64,000 nucleotides of DNA from the human T2T-CHM13v2.0 reference genome, Homo sapiens (GCF_009914755.1 NC_060946.1); one strand, 5' to 3'. Shown: positions 44,399 through 60,550, numbered from the stretch's first letter. The notes: generated by a model not told the origin, from the sequence alone. Made by a program: numbers and translations.

Positions 44399-44650
44399 CG
44401 GAGGTCTTCAAGCTATTTTGATATGCACACGCAAAAACATTAAACACACATCCTTTAACCTACGTATGTATATTTGTTTACTTACAAAGTATTTAAAGGT
44501 ACTACCATTCTAATACATTTTCCATCATAAAACATTTACCAGAAAAAGAAATATTAAAATGAGTTGAAAGTAAAGAGAAGGTCTAGTATTGTCTTCTAGC
44601 ATCCCTCAGGGTTGTTTTGTCCTTTCTTTCATCAAGAGATATGAAAACTG
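44399..44650. mobile_element. MER112-like hAT MITE
   Basis: Resembles 42951-43222. Confidence 0.45.
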
Positions 44651-44849
44651 ATCCAGAAAATGATTCTTAAACTTGATGCCATAAGGTGTTCCATAAATAA
44701 TAAAAGAATTATGTCCAACGATATGAATTAAAATTCAGTGAAGCCCTGAATTTCTCACATTTGTCCCTCTGCTATATTGTATTTATATGACAGATTTCAT
44801 TAAAAAGAGAGTTTTGTTGCTAAAAATTGTTTCAAAATGGACCAGAATC

Positions 44850-47800
44850 CTGTTTTCCGTCATGATAGAATAACTGGAAGTGGACTTGTCCTCCCACTGT
44901 AAACTACTAGAAAATAAGATGAAATATATGAAACTGTTTTTAGACATTGGGCAGCAGGCAGTGTAGGGTTATGATCCCTAAGAAACGTGAAACAAACATG
45001 TGAGTCTCAGCCTGGTCTTGGCTTTCTGCTTGGAGGCACTATCTTGACTACCTTGTATGGTGGTCTTGCTGAAATAGAGATTAGGATTGGAGTTCAGGGA
45101 GGCTGCAGTGTCTGGTATTTATGATACATAGAACCAGTGAGGAAGGAGAAATGCAGAGAGCTCCTACATAGAGATCTATTCAAGTCAGTTAGTGAATACT
45201 AAGCTATGTGTGTAGGGTGAAACTCCATGAATCTGGCCATAGAATGGCAAGCTATAAGCTGATGAATTCTCAGAGTTCACGCAGGGCCAGAGATATATGA
45301 GTAGTGACCAGCCAGAGTGGAAGAGCTCATTGGACACTCAGGGTATTCCTTAGAGATCCAAAGGGATCATGCCTTAGTAGTAGGCTGGGGTAGCCATAGA
45401 GACTATTACGTATGTGGCCTGACACAGTTGAATTTTTAAAAATTCAACACCTGTGAAAAATAGGGGAAAAATTTAAAAAAATAAGAAAGGGAAGGTAAAC
45501 TTGAAGTAATGTATCTACCTGCCAGAAAAGATCTCATATTCTTTAAAGGAAAACAGTATAATTTAATCCAATAATAAAAGACAATCCCACATACAAAGAA
45601 ACAGGAAAAAAAAATTAGGCTATAGAAATAGACCTAGGAATGACAGAGATGATGAAATTATCAGACACGGACATGAAAAAAACTATAATAAATATGCTCA
45701 TGGATTTAAAGGAAAATATGAACATAATAAGGAGAGTAAGATATAAAAATGAATCAGATGAAACTTCTAGAAATAAAAAATGCAATATCTTAAATGAAAA
45801 ATTTACTGGATGGGATTAACAATAGATTAGGCACTGGAAAAACATCAAATGAACTTGAAGGCATAGCAATTGAAATTTTCTAACCCAAATCAAAAGAAAG
45901 AAAAAAAATGACAAAAAAATGAATAGAGTCTCAATGACATGTGGCTCTTGATATTGTGAGACACTATCAAATGGTATAGCATGAGTGAAATGGAGTCCCA
46001 GTAGACAGAAGCAGGATCAGAAAAAATATTTAAAGATGTAATAATTGAAAATTTCCAAACTTGTTTAAAACTATAAACCCATGGGTCCAAGAGATTCCGC
46101 AAACCTTAAGCAATATAAGCACAAAAAACACACCCAAGGTACGTCCAAATCAAATTGCTGAAAACCAGTGATAAGGGAAAAACAATCTTAAAAACAGTCA
46201 GGAAAAAAAAAAAGAGACATTATGTGCAGGGAAGTAGGGATAAGAATGACTGCAGGATCCCGACAGAAAGAAAGCAAACCAGAAGACAATAGAATTGCGT
46301 TTTTAATGTACTAAAAAAATTAAAATCTACTGTTACACATTGAATGTGTGTCTCCACCCCCTCCACCCCCAAATCATATGTTGAAGCCTTAAATGCCAGT
46401 TTGGCTGTATTTGGAGTAAGGAAACAGTTAAGATTAAACAATGTAATAAGAGTAGGGCTCTGTTCTGATGTATTAGTGTCTTTGTAAGAAGAGATACCAG
46501 AGAGCTCGCTCTTTCTCTCTCTATCATGTAAGAACACAATGAGACAATGGCTGTCTGTAAGCCAGTAAGAGAGCCTTCACCAGAAACTGACCATGCTAGG
46601 CCTTGATCTGGGGCTTATAGCTCCAGAACTGTGAGAAAATAAATTTCTGTTGTTTAAGCCGTACAGTCTATGATATTTTGTTACGGCAGCCCAACCAGAC
46701 TAGTATACACACCAAATCTCAAACTCTCCCAATACAGAATTTCATACCCACTGAAAATATTATTCAAATATGAAAACAGAATAAAGATATTTTCTGAAGA
46801 ACAAAAGCTGAGCAAATTTATCATTAATAAACATATATACAAGATTTATTAAAGGAAGTCATTCAGGTTGAAAGGAAATAGGACTGATGAGATCTACACA
46901 AAGTAATGAGCAGCTCCAAAAATGATAACCATGTAGGTAAATATAAAATACTTTTTCTCTTCTCTTAAAAAGTGTCTTTAAGAGATAGCTGACCATTCCA
47001 AGGAAAAGTAATAGCAATGTATTCTGTGGTTTATAACATATGTAGAAATAAGATGTTTAGTAACTGTTAGAAAATATGAGAGGGACAGATGAAACTATAT
47101 AATTGCAAGGTTCTTATGTGAAGTAATATAATATTATTTGAAGTTAAATTGTAATAGTTTAAAGATTCATGTTGTAAAATCTACAGAAATGACTGAAAAA
47201 ATCAAACAAAGAAATCATTTATAATAATAAGCCAACAGTGGAGATAAAAATGGAATATTACTGAATACCCAATACAAAAAAAGACAGAAAGGGAAAAATG
47301 GAAACAAAGAGCAGATGAGACAAATAGAAAAAAATAGCAAAATCATAGATTTAAAAGATAGTCATATTGATAATTACACTAAATATACAGGGTCTAAGTG
47401 CTCGAATAAAAAGGCAGAGATTGTCAGAATGGATACAAAGAGCAAGACCCAAATCTATGCTGTCTACAAGAAATTCACTTGAAATGTAAACTCAGAGATA
47501 GGTTAAAAGTGAAAGGATGAAAAATGACATGCCATATGAACACTATGCATAAGAAAGCTGGAGTAGCTATATTAATATCAGACTAAGTGGACTTCAGAAG
47601 GAAGGATACCATTAAGAATATAGAATCACATTTCATAATAGCAGAAAGGTCAATTAATCAAGAAGGTACAACAGTCCTTATTATTTCCATACCTAATAAC
47701 AGTTTAAAATATATGAAGCAAAACTTGATGAAAGTGAGAAGAAAAATCCACAAATCCACAACTATAATTGGAGAGTTCAGCACTCCTCTCTCAGTAATTG

Positions 47801-48210
47801 AAAGAACAAGCAGACAGAAAATCAGTAAGGATTTAGAGACCTGAACAACATATCAGTCAACTTGACCTTATTGGCATTTACAAAATATTTTACCCATCAA
47901 TAGCAAAATATACATTTTTCCAAGTGCACATGGAACATTCACCAAGATTGGCATAAATTAAGCTGATATGTTTTCTGAACACAGATAATTAAATGAGAAA
48001 TCAATAACACAAAGCTGTCTGGGATATACCCAAGTGTTTGGAAAGTACATAATATATTTCTAAATATCCGATGAGTCAAAACATAAATTGCAAGAAAAGT
48101 TATAGAATGCTTTGCATTAAATGAAAAAGCACATAACATATCAAAATCTGTATGATGCATTAAAGCAATGCTCAGAGGGGAATTTACAGTTTAAAATGCT
48201 TATATTATAA
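44850..48210 (+). mobile_element. Old L1M 5' half: 5'UTR, ORF1, ORF2 endonuclease (decayed)
   Basis: ORF 47587-47844 (..IIGEFSTPLSVIERTSRQKISKD) resembles L1 EN GDFNTPLS region; ctatgctgtctacaagaa = ICCLQE-like; A-rich ORF1-like region upstream. Confidence 0.9.
46331..46707 (+). mobile_element. MLT1A-like MaLR solo LTR
   Basis: catatgttgaagcc..gtaagaagagataccagagagc..ccagaactgtgagaaaataaatttctgttgtttaagcc. Confidence 0.88.
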
Positions 48211-48821
48211 AACCAATTCCTTCTTATGCTCCGATTTTGCAGGTAAGAAAATTGAGATGCAAGCATGTTGAGTGATATACATAAGGCTGCATATTGGTTA
48301 AGGTAAGACTTAGAATGAGACTCTTCTGGATTATTTCTCTTTCTCTTTTACTGTGCCTTTTAATCTTATTTTTTTGGACTGTGCTCAGTGTTTTCAGAAC
48401 AATGTGTCCACTCAGTGTTTTGTCACCTCACTCTCTGCTGAACTCTAACCCTGAGTCATTATTCTTTATAGTCATTAATAAGCATGTTGGGAGGATGCAG
48501 AATGTGTTGGTGTAAAGCAGATGCTAAGAAATCTCAGGTCAGGAGAAACAGACTGGCAGTGTGGAAGAGGTGGATGCTGCTGTGCCCTCGAAGGCATCAG
48601 AAGCAAGGGGACATGGAAGAGAGCATCTGTGGAGCACCTACTCTGTGCCAAGTGCAGTGCAGATTGATTTCACAGCAACTCTGATGTAGTTCAGTAACCT
48701 GACTAACATTATGCAATGAGTGTCAGCTCTTGAATTTGAACTTTGTACTGTACAAATCAAAAAACCCATGCTTAGGAGGGGTTGAATTATTGCTCCTTCT
48801 ATTGGACTTATGTTCAATTCA

Positions 48822-48950
48822 GACTCCAGAACTCTTATCCATTGCAGCACATTTATTCTACTTCAGGCAGGGAACAGACACAATTATGCTTTTCCTTTTC
48901 TGACAATTAACCACCTTTCCTGGTTTTTATCCCCAGCTGTGCTCCTGAGG
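48822..48950 (+). repeat. Donor copy of local ~130-bp duplication
   Basis: Near-identical to 49920-50057. Confidence 0.95.
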
Positions 48951-49589
48951 GTCTTTCCTCTCAGGAATCTATTCTCGCTGCATTACCAACACTGTGCTTG
49001 CTACAAGTCAAAGTTGCCTCACTCCATTTCAGTAAGAATTTTTCTTTTATCAGGCAGTAATCCTCTTCCTTTTTGGGAGCTGCCAAAAAAGGCCATAATC
49101 TCAATCAAAAAAAGATTTTGTGTTTGAAGTCAAAGCCGGCCAGTGCAGCCCATGGGGATTATCGGGCAGGGACCCTGTGAGAACATCCAGCCTGCTGGCC
49201 TTGTGCATGCTGAGCTTCCTGCATGTCCACAGCTGCAAGTCAGTGTGTGCATCTGGGTCACTCACCTGCAGAGCTGGACACCCTCAGGGGCCTGGCTGTG
49301 CCCTGTCAGAAATTACCCTCATAGACATCCTGTGCCTCCAGATGTGTCATGGGACATGGAAAAGGGGCAAGTCCAACTTCTTTGGATGGCTTTTCTAGCA
49401 ATGCTCTGATCCCTACACATAGATTTAAATTGGTGTGAGCAATAAAGCATAATGTGGCCTCTGGGCCAGGCCTGTTAGTGTTTGAACTCTGATTCTACAA
49501 CTTACTAGATATGTGACTTGGGCAGGTCATTCATCTTGCAGCACTTTAGTTTTCTCATTTACAGAATGGGCATAAGACTAGTCCTTACA

Positions 49590-49895
49590 AGCCAGGCATG
49601 GTGACTCACACCTGTAATCTCAGCACTTCTGGAGGCTGAGGCAGGTGACTCACCTGAGCCCAGGAGTTCAAGGCCAGCCTGGGCAACATGGTGAAACCCT
49701 GTCTCTCCAAAAAAATACAAAAAATTATCTGGGCATGGTGGTGAACACCTGTAGTCCCAGCTACTTGGGAGACTGAGGTGGGAGGATCACTTGACCCTCA
49801 GGAGGTTGAGACTGCAGTGAAGCAGGATGACACCACTGTACTCCAGCCTGGGTGACAGACTGAGACCCTGTCTTAAAAAAAAAAAAAAAAAAAAA
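49590..49895 (+). mobile_element. AluJb-like
   Basis: gagcccaggagttc, gggaggatcacttga..gttgagactgcag; TSD AAGA(C/A)TAGT(C/T)CTT. Confidence 0.93.
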
Positions 49896-49919
49896 GAATA
49901 GTTCTTTCCTCATGAAGCT

Positions 49920-50057
49920 GACTCCAGAATGCTTATCCATTGCAGCACATTTATTCCACTTTCAGGCAGGGAACAGACACAATTATGCTTTTCCTTTTCT
50001 GACAGTTATGCTTTTCCTTTTCTTTCCTGGTTTTTATCCCCAACTGTGCTCCTGAGG
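49920..50057 (+). repeat. Inserted copy of local duplication
   Basis: Near-identical to 48822-48950, with internal re-copy of ttatgcttttccttttct. Confidence 0.95.
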
Positions 50058-50077
50058 TTGTGAGAATTAAATGAGTA

Positions 50078-50126
50078 TACACACACACACATACACATAC
50101 ACATACACATACACATACATATATAT
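50078..50126. repeat. (CA)n/(CACATA)n compound microsatellite
   Basis: Direct inspection. Confidence 0.9.
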
Positions 50127-50418
50127 CACAAAGAAGAGTATTGTTGGCTTATAGTAGTATGGTATAAACATTAGTGAACATTATTTTTCAGGTTTTCACT
50201 AGGAATCTTTGTTGAACAGGGCCAGTGTTTCCCTCTTCTGTGTTGTTCTGCAATCTTGGTTGCAAGTGACAGAAACTGAACTCCGCCTGGCTTAGGCCAA
50301 CATGGAAGTTCAAGGGTAGGTCTAGCTTCAGGCATGCCTTGTTTAGAATCACATCTAACATTTGCAAATGTGAAGTAATAGTCCCGGAAAAAATGGAGTT
50401 AGTGGCCTCATTCAGAGA

Positions 50419-50725
50419 TTTTTTTTTTTTTTTTTTTTTTTTTTGAGATGGAGTCTCACTCTGTCACCCAGGCTGAATTGCAGTGGCACGATCTCGGCTC
50501 ACTGCAACCTCCGCCTCCTGGGTTCAAGTGATTCTTCTGCCTCAGTCTCCTGAGTAGCTAGGACTACAGGTGCATGCCACCAGACCAGGCTAATTTTTGT
50601 ATTATTAGTAGAGACGGGGTTTCACCATTATTGACCAGGCTGGTCTTGAACCCCTGACCTTGTGATCTGCCTGCCTTGGCCTCCCAAAGTGCTGGGGTTA
50701 CAGGGGTGAATCACCGTGCCTGACC
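50419..50725 (-). mobile_element. AluSg-like
   Basis: Antisense dimer; TSD CAGAGATTTTT. Confidence 0.95.
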
Positions 50726-50844
50726 CAGAGATTTTTTAAGGACTTAAATATGAGATGACTTTATTTTTGAGGCATAGTTTTTTGGAGAAAAACACCTAAA
50801 TATCCAGGTACATTTAAACACCTAAATATTCCTCTTCTAATATT

Positions 50845-51110
50845 GATTCATTCATTTCTTCAATCAGTCAACAAATATTTACTAAACACCAAGTGTGTGC
50901 CTCTCTGTTCATAACACAGGAGACAAAGCATTAACATCCCAGACGAAAAGCCCTGGCCTCCTCGAGGGACTTATATTGTAGTGCTGGTGGGAAGAGAGGG
51001 ACTATCAATACAATAAATGAGTAAATAATAGAATATGTTAAAAGAACATCATAACTACAAAAAAAGAAACGAAGAAAAAAATAGGGATGGCAGTTGGCGA
51101 GTGCTGGGAT
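50845..51110 (-). mobile_element. L2a 3' end
   Basis: attcattcat..caacaaatatttactaaacacc..ccctggcctcctcgagggacttatatt. Confidence 0.7.
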
Positions 51111-51783
51111 TTGTTTCACATGAAAGTGTAGATTTTAAAAGTTACTCATGGCATGGCATGGATAAGAGAGGATATTTTATAGACTGGAGACCAGCCTAAT
51201 GTTCAGAAACTGACGACAGTTACCCTTCTCTAGAGGGAGACACAAAGCCCAGGATTTTCGAGAGATCTTGAACTTTTAAGTACTTTTGTCATTGCCCTCC
51301 ACAGCGCTCTAAGGATACAAATGACCCCAAGCTTTTCCAGTTAATAATGTGGCAAGACAAAGTGTTCTCACAGGGAGGCAGTGAGGGTCCTGGTGAGAGG
51401 GCCTGAGTGTGACATTCACATGTCACCATGCCTCATGTGAGCTGAGAAGCCAGGAGGGAGCCAGCCTGCAGGGCACGCCCGAGGAAGGGTTCTTCCCTTT
51501 CATTTGTGACCCAAAAGCTCTGAATCCCCTGAGAGCTATTGCATGGAGGCATCAGCTCCAAGTGCCGCTGGAGGCAAGGAAGCCAGTACAATGTCTGCCC
51601 TCATTCAGGCTGGTGTTGGAAGCAAGACAGGAAACACCACTCTGCTCTTGAGTAAACACCCTTCTTCTGCTGGGGACGAGTTTCAGGCTCTGCCTGCATG
51701 GCCACAAGCCTGGAAAAACGGTATGAAGTTACTACTCCTTGCATCTTTTGAGGTCCAGGGCACCCACTGGGCTGTGCTTTTCT

Positions 51784-51930
51784 TTTTTCTTTTTTTTTCC
51801 ATTTATTATTTATTTGTTTATTTGTGTTTAAGTTCTGTGCAGAACATGCAGGTTTGCTACATAGGTATACATGTGCCATGGTGGTTTGCTGCACCCATCA
51901 ACCCATCATCTACATTAGGTATTTCTCCCA
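51784..51930 (-). mobile_element. Very short L1PA (PA7/8-like) 3' end
   Basis: gtgcagaacatgcaggtttgctacataggtatacatgtgccatggtggtttgctgcacc; 16-bp TSD TGGGCTGTGCTTTTCT. Confidence 0.93.
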
Positions 51931-53575
51931 TGGGCTGTGCTTTTCTGCAAAATCAAGGTCACTGTGACCACAGAGACATGAACCCCAACATCTACACACC
52001 CTTATCCAAGAGACTGTGTGGGGAGGTGGGCTTAGGGTCTCCCTTGAGGAGTCGATTGGCTCTGTGTCTCTGGCTCTGTCTGTCTGTTGGTTCCTTGCTG
52101 CATGCCTGCCTGAGCATGCTCATCCCAGGAGTCAGAAGGCAGTAGGATACTCAGGCCTCTCTCTGAGCCACACACTCCACAGCAGTGATGTATTAGGCTC
52201 AAGGGAAGATCTGGGTGAAGTACAACCTTGGCAACTATTCTGTAACTGTTCTTCCTGTGTAAGGGCAGGACTGGTTTCTGGGCCAGGATCTGAGCAATCC
52301 TGTACTGCTGAGAAGCACGATTAAGAGACTGAGGGTAGAGACCTATCCTACAAGAAGAGACTCATGGATAGAATGACATTTTGGAGTCAGGCAGAAATGG
52401 GCTCAATCCCGTTGTATTAGTCCATTTTCATGCTACTGATAAAGACATATCTGAGACTGGGGAATTTACAAAAGAAAAAGGTTTAATTGGATTTATAGTT
52501 CCACGTGGCTGGGGAGGTCTCATAATCCTGGTGGAAGGCAAGGAGGAGCAAGTCATATTTTATGTGGAGTGGCAGCAGGCAAAGAGAGAGAGCTTGTGCA
52601 GGGAAACTTCCATTGGTTTAAAACCATCAGGTCTTGTGAGACCCATTCACTATCTCCAGAACAGCACAGGAAAGACCTGACCTCATGATTTGATCATCTC
52701 CACTGGGTCCCTCCCACAACTTGTGGGAATTATGGGAACTACAAGATGAGATGTGGGTGGGGACACAGAGCCAAACCATGTCATTCTGCTCCAGCCCCTC
52801 ACAAATCTCATATCTTCACATTTCAAAACCAATCATGCCTTCCCAACAGTCCCCCAAAGTCTCAACTCATTTCAGCATTAACTCAAAAGTCCACAGTCCA
52901 AAGTCTCCTCAGAGGAAAGACAAGTCCCTTCTGCCTATGAGCCTGTAAACTCAAAAGCAAGTTAGTTACTTCTTGTATACAATGAGGGTATAGGCATTGG
53001 GTAAACACAGCCATTCCAAATGGGAGAAATTGGCCAAAACAAAGAGGCCATAGGCCCTATGCATATCTGAAATGCAGTGGGGCAGTCAGATCTTAAAGCT
53101 CCAAAATGATCTCCTTTGACTCCATGTCTCACATCCAGATCATGCTAATGCACGATTCCCATAGACTTGGGCAGCTCTTCCTCTGTGGCTTTGCAGGATA
53201 CAGCAACCCCTCCTGGCTGCCTTCATGGGCGAGTGTTGAGTGTCTGTGGCTTTTCCAGGTGCACAGTGCAAGCTGTCAGTGGATCTACCATTCTGGGGTC
53301 TGGAGGATGGTGGCCCTTTTGTCACAGCTCCACTAGGTGGTACCCCAGTAGGGACTCTGTGTGTGGGCTCCAACCCCACATTTCCCTTCTGCACTGCCCT
53401 AGCAGAGGTTCTCCATGAGGACACTGACCCTACAGCAAACTTCTGCCTGGGCATCCAGGTGTTTCCATACATCTTCTGAAATCTAGGCAGAGGTTCCCAA
53501 ACTTCAGTTCTTGACTTCTGTGCACTCGCAGGCTCAATACCACATGGAAGCTGCCAAGGCTTGATGCTTGTACTC

Positions 53576-54078
53576 TGCCGAGACCTGCTTGGTCAGGGAG
53601 AACCTAACCTAGAGGAATTAAAGACACACACACAGACATATAGAGGTGTGAAGTGGGAAATCAGGGGTCTCACAGCCTTCAGAGTTGAGAGCACTGAACA
53701 GAGATTTACCCACGTATTTATTAACAGCAAGCCAGTCATTAGCATTGTTTCTATAGATATTAAATTAACTAAAAGTATCCCTTATGGGAAACGAAGGGAT
53801 GGGCCAAATTAAAGGAATAGGTTGGGCTAGGTAACTGCAGCAGGAGCATGTCCTTAAGGCACAGATCGCTCATGCTATTGTTTGTGGCTTAAGAATACCT
53901 TTAAGTGGTTTTCCGCTCTGGGCGGGCCAGGTGTTCCTTGCCCTCATTCCTGTAAACCCACAACCTTCCAGCGTGGGCGTTAGGGCCATTATGAACATGT
54001 TACAGTGCTGCAGAGATTTTGTTTATGGCCAGTTTTGGGGCCAGTTTATGGCCAGATTTTGGGGGCCTGCTCCCAACA
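53576..54078 (-). mobile_element. MER9a (HERV-K9/HML-3) solo LTR
   Basis: Reverse complement starts tgttgggagcaggccccc..ctggccataaactggcccc, ends gtctcggca; 6-bp TSD GTAC(T/C)C. Confidence 0.88.
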
Positions 54079-54267
54079 GTACCCTCTGAAGCCACAGTCT
54101 GAGCTCTACACTGGCCCCTTTTAGCCACACTTGGAGCTGCTGGGATGTAGGGCACCAAGTCCCTAGGCTGCATATAGCACCAGGAACCTGGGCTGGGCCC
54201 ACAAAATCACTTTTTCCTTCTAGGCCTCCGAGCCTGTAATGGAAGGGTCTGCTGTGAAGGTCTCTGA

Positions 54268-54745
<478 letters not shown>

Positions 54746-56188
54746 AAAACTGAATGCTTTAACAGCACCCAAGTCATATCTTGAATGCTTTGCTGCTTAG
54801 AAATTTCTTCCGCCAGATACCCTAAATCACCCCTCTAAAGTTCAAAATTCCACAAATCTCTAGGGCCAAGACAAAATGCCACTTGTCTCTTTTCTAAAAC
54901 ATAACAAGAGTCACCTTTGCTCTAGTTCCCAACAAGTTCCTCATCTCCATCTGAGACCACCTCAGCCTGGATTTCATTGTCCATATCATCATTAGCATTT
55001 TGGTCAAAGCCACTCAACAAGTCGCTAGGGAGTCCCAAACTTTCCCATATTTTCCTGTCTTCTCCTGAGCCCTCCAAACTGTTCCAACCTCTGTTTGTTA
55101 CCCAGTTCCATAGTTGCTTCCACATTTTTGGATATCTTTTCAGCAGTGCCCCAGTCTACTAGTAGCAATTTACCGTATTGGTCCATTTTCACACTGCTGA
55201 TAAAGACATACCTGAGACTGGGCAATTTACAAAAGAAAGAGGTTTAATTTGACTTACAGTTCCACATGGCTGGGGAGGCCTCATAATCATGGTGGACAGC
55301 AAGGAGGAACAAGTCACATCATACATGGATGGCAGCAGGCAAAGAGAGCTTGTTCAGAGAAACTCCCGTTTTTTAAAACCATCAAATCTCATGAGACCCA
55401 TCCACTATCACGAGAACAGCACGGGAAAGACCCACCCCCCATGATTCAATCATCTCCCACCGGGTCCTTCTCACAACATGTGGGAATTATGGGAGCTACA
55501 AGATAAGATTTAGGTGGGGACACAGAGCCAAACCATATCACTCATGCAGTCTGTAAATTACTTAATCTGAATCTCCTTCTCTGTATAATGAAAATAATGG
55601 AACTTGTCTTGCAGGACAGTTGTGATGCAATTGAGTAGTTATATGTATATAAAATCAAACACAGCATTATGCAATGCACAGATGTGCATTGCAGACACTA
55701 TAAGAGAAATAATAACAGGAACATTATTATTATTAAATGTTGAGGTATTAACCAGGGTAGATATTCATGTCTCCTCCCTGGACACCCTGTCAGACATAGA
55801 TGCTGGTTTGGATGCCCCATGATGTAACTCATGGTGGCATTTGCTGTGCAGCAAGGCAACAACGAATAGTGGAAGAGACACCAGATTCAGAATCACAGGG
55901 TCTGAATTGAAATGCCAGCCAGCTCTGCCACAGACTAATTTTGTAACCCTAGGCAAACAAGCTGACTCTTAAAAATTGATATAAACTCATACATGAAAAT
56001 AAATATTTAGAATATAGTAATAATGTATAAAGGACAATAAGCTGAGTACAACCACTCAGATCATCATCACCAATACCTCCAAAGACACCTGTGAATCCTT
56101 TCCTCCTCTTATCCCTCCCCACTGTCTGCTCTGTGCCATCCTCCTCCTCCCCCTTGAAGTTTAAATTTATCATTCCTTGCAAGTAAGC

Positions 56189-56490
56189 TTTTTTTTTTTT
56201 TTTTTTTTTTTTGAGATGGAGTCTCGCTCTCTCGGCAGGCTGGAGTGCAGTGGCGTGATCTCGGCTCACTGCAACCTCTGCCTCCTGGGTTCAAGTAATT
56301 CTCTGCCTCAACTTCCCGAGTAGCTGGGATTACAGGTGCCTGCCACCATGTCTGGCTAATTTTTGTATTTTTAGTAGAGACGGGGTTTCACCATCTTGGC
56401 CAGGCAGGTCTTGAACTCCTGACCTCGTGATCCGCCTACTTCAGCCTTCCAAAGTGCTGAGATTACAGGCATGAGCCACAGCTCCTGGCT
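56189..56490 (-). mobile_element. AluSg7-like
   Basis: ttctctgcctc and ccatcttggcc variants; TSD TGCAAGTAAGCTT. Confidence 0.95.
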
Positions 56491-56950
56491 GCAAGTAAGC
56501 TTCTTAATCTCTCATACATTTGTTAAGAAGACTGAATGAACCTTGTGTATGGACAGTGCAATGCAGATGGCCAAGCCAGTTTTTAAATCTGTAATAATTA
56601 TCTTGCTACAGACTGGAGACTCGACACCCACTCATTGCTTTTTTTGCAGCAAGACACCCCAATTTTAATAGTCAAGTGCATTTTATTTTCTTGCTGTGTG
56701 CCCCATTGCAGGGTGGCAACTCCTATAAGTCCCATCTCATCTGTTTTGGGGAACTGAGAAATCAAGTCAAAATTTTAAAAATTGTGTCTGAAGTGAACTG
56801 GCTCTCCTTTAGCCCAGGGTGTCCTGCTGGAGAAGATGGCATGAACTTCATCATCTGCTCTTAGGGACATTTGCCTCCATGGTTCAGAGGCCTCTGTTAA
56901 TTCCTCAGATGTGGGCTGTGTGCTGAGGAGGACTGGCTCTCCATATTTAA

Positions 56951-57562
<612 letters not shown>

Positions 57563-58193
57563 TAGTTGGAAGTAGTTTTGAAGTACAGTTTTTTCCCCCA
57601 AGGAGCTCCTGGTTTTGTGGGGCAAGGGCATACATGGATAGTTATGCCACTGTGTACTCTGTGCATGTGCCAATTATGCTTCAGGTGCTTGGGGACAACA
57701 GGGGAAGAGGACTAAAGCTGAGTGGTTAAGCAGTGTTTCCCAAAAGGGATACCTGAGCTGGGTTCTGAAGGTAGAGTAGGAGTTGGCGAGGCCAAGATGG
57801 CGGGGATGGGCATGGGAAGCTGAAGAAATAGCAATGCAAAAATGTACTCCTCAAAGAGAACAGCGTGTTCCTCCCTGAGTCTTTCTCACCTTGGCCAGTG
57901 GTGCTTTTTCTTCCAGGATGCTGGACACTGAGGAGTCCTCCTGGGCATTGTTGCTTCCCTCATACTCCCTGTCAACACATCTTATGTGCAGTCACACTAT
58001 CTTCCAAGGGACTCTCAGGACTTCCCCTTCTTTCCATATCTATGGGAACCATGCTTGCCAGCTACGCTCCCGCTTAGCCTTCTGGGATAGTCTCCTAACT
58101 GCTCTGCTCAAATCCATCTTTGCCCCCATCCGATCTATTCTCCATCAGCCAGAGTGAACTTTCTAACAGTAATCTGTGCACTCTTTTGCTTAA

Positions 58194-58736
<543 letters not shown>

Positions 58737-58974
58737 TAATTTAAGTCTCACAAAAGAAAATAATATGAAGAAGCAATATACAGAGATAATGTCTAAAACT
58801 AATAAAAGAAATTAAAACACAGATTGAAAGATTCTTTAAAATCCCAAGAAGGATGTATACGAAGAATATAGAAATTTGTCAGATGACCTAAAATTATGGC
58901 TGGCATGTAAACAGAAACAATGGAAGCCAAAAGGCAATGGAATGATACCATCAAAGTGCTTTTTAAAAATAAAG

Positions 58975-59088
58975 TAATTTCAACTTTTATTACAGATTAA
59001 AGGGTATACGTGTAGGTTTGTTACATGGGTAAATTGCATGATGCTGAGGCTTGGGGTTTCAATAATCCTGTCACCCAGGCAGTATGCT
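58975..59088 (-). mobile_element. Old L1PA (PA15/16-like) 3' fragment
   Basis: atttcaacttttatt..ggtttgttacatgggtaaattgcatgatgctgagg. Confidence 0.8.
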
Positions 59089-59914
59089 TACTTCCAGGTT
59101 TTCTCTTTGTCTTTGATTTGTCATCATGCTGGCAGTTTTTAAGCCCTCAAAAGCGTCCAGCTCATTCCTTTCTCAATATCTTAGCACCTGCTATCCACTC
59201 TGCTCCCACTTGCTGTCTGGCCAATTTACACTCAACTTTCAGGTCTCAGCTTAAGTACACTTTCCTCTGAGAAGTCTTCTCTGAGCCTCCATTATTTAAA
59301 AATTTCTTCTCCTAGCACATTGTAATTTTTCCTCCTACAGAACTTATCATAATTGGTAAATTAAGCATCTACATGTTTGTTTGTGTCTTTTACCACACTC
59401 TAAGTTCCAAGGAGGCAAAGATTATGGCTCATTCATCACTCTATACTCAATGTCTATCACAGTACACAGCACATAGTAGGTCTCAATATGTGCAAATTGG
59501 ATGAATGGATAGAAGGAAGGAGAATCGTAGGGGAAACACATACATCTGGGTTAGAACAGTCGGGGAAGGTCTGTGTATTAGTTTCCTATTCATGCATAGC
59601 AGTTACCACAAATGTAGCAGCTTTAAACAACGCACCTTTTCTCACAGTTTTTGTGGGTCAGGAATCTGGCACAGCTTAGATGAGTTCCCTGCTCAGGTCT
59701 CAAAAGGCTACAATCAAGGTGTTGCCCACACTGTGGTTCTCATCTGGGGCTTAGAGTCCTCTTCCAAGTTCACTGTGGTTATTATTGTAATCAGTTACTG
59801 TGGTTGTAGGACAGGGTCTCAGCTACCTGATACTGCCTTTCTTTAGAGGCAGCTTACAATGTAGCTGTTTGCTTCCTTCTTTGATATTAGCAGGATAATC
59901 TCTCCGAGCATTGC

Positions 59915-60550
<636 letters not shown>

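Larger units (their letters stand above)
49435..50175 (+). mobile_element. MIR interrupted by Alu, duplicated segment and microsatellite
   Basis: cttactagatatgtgacttgggcagg..; cctcatgaagctg|ttgtgagaattaaatgag. Confidence 0.75.

Noticed and set aside
47587-47844. Endonuclease-like ORF as a functional gene
   Set aside because: Short remnant of a decayed L1 ORF2, flanked by stops and frameshifts
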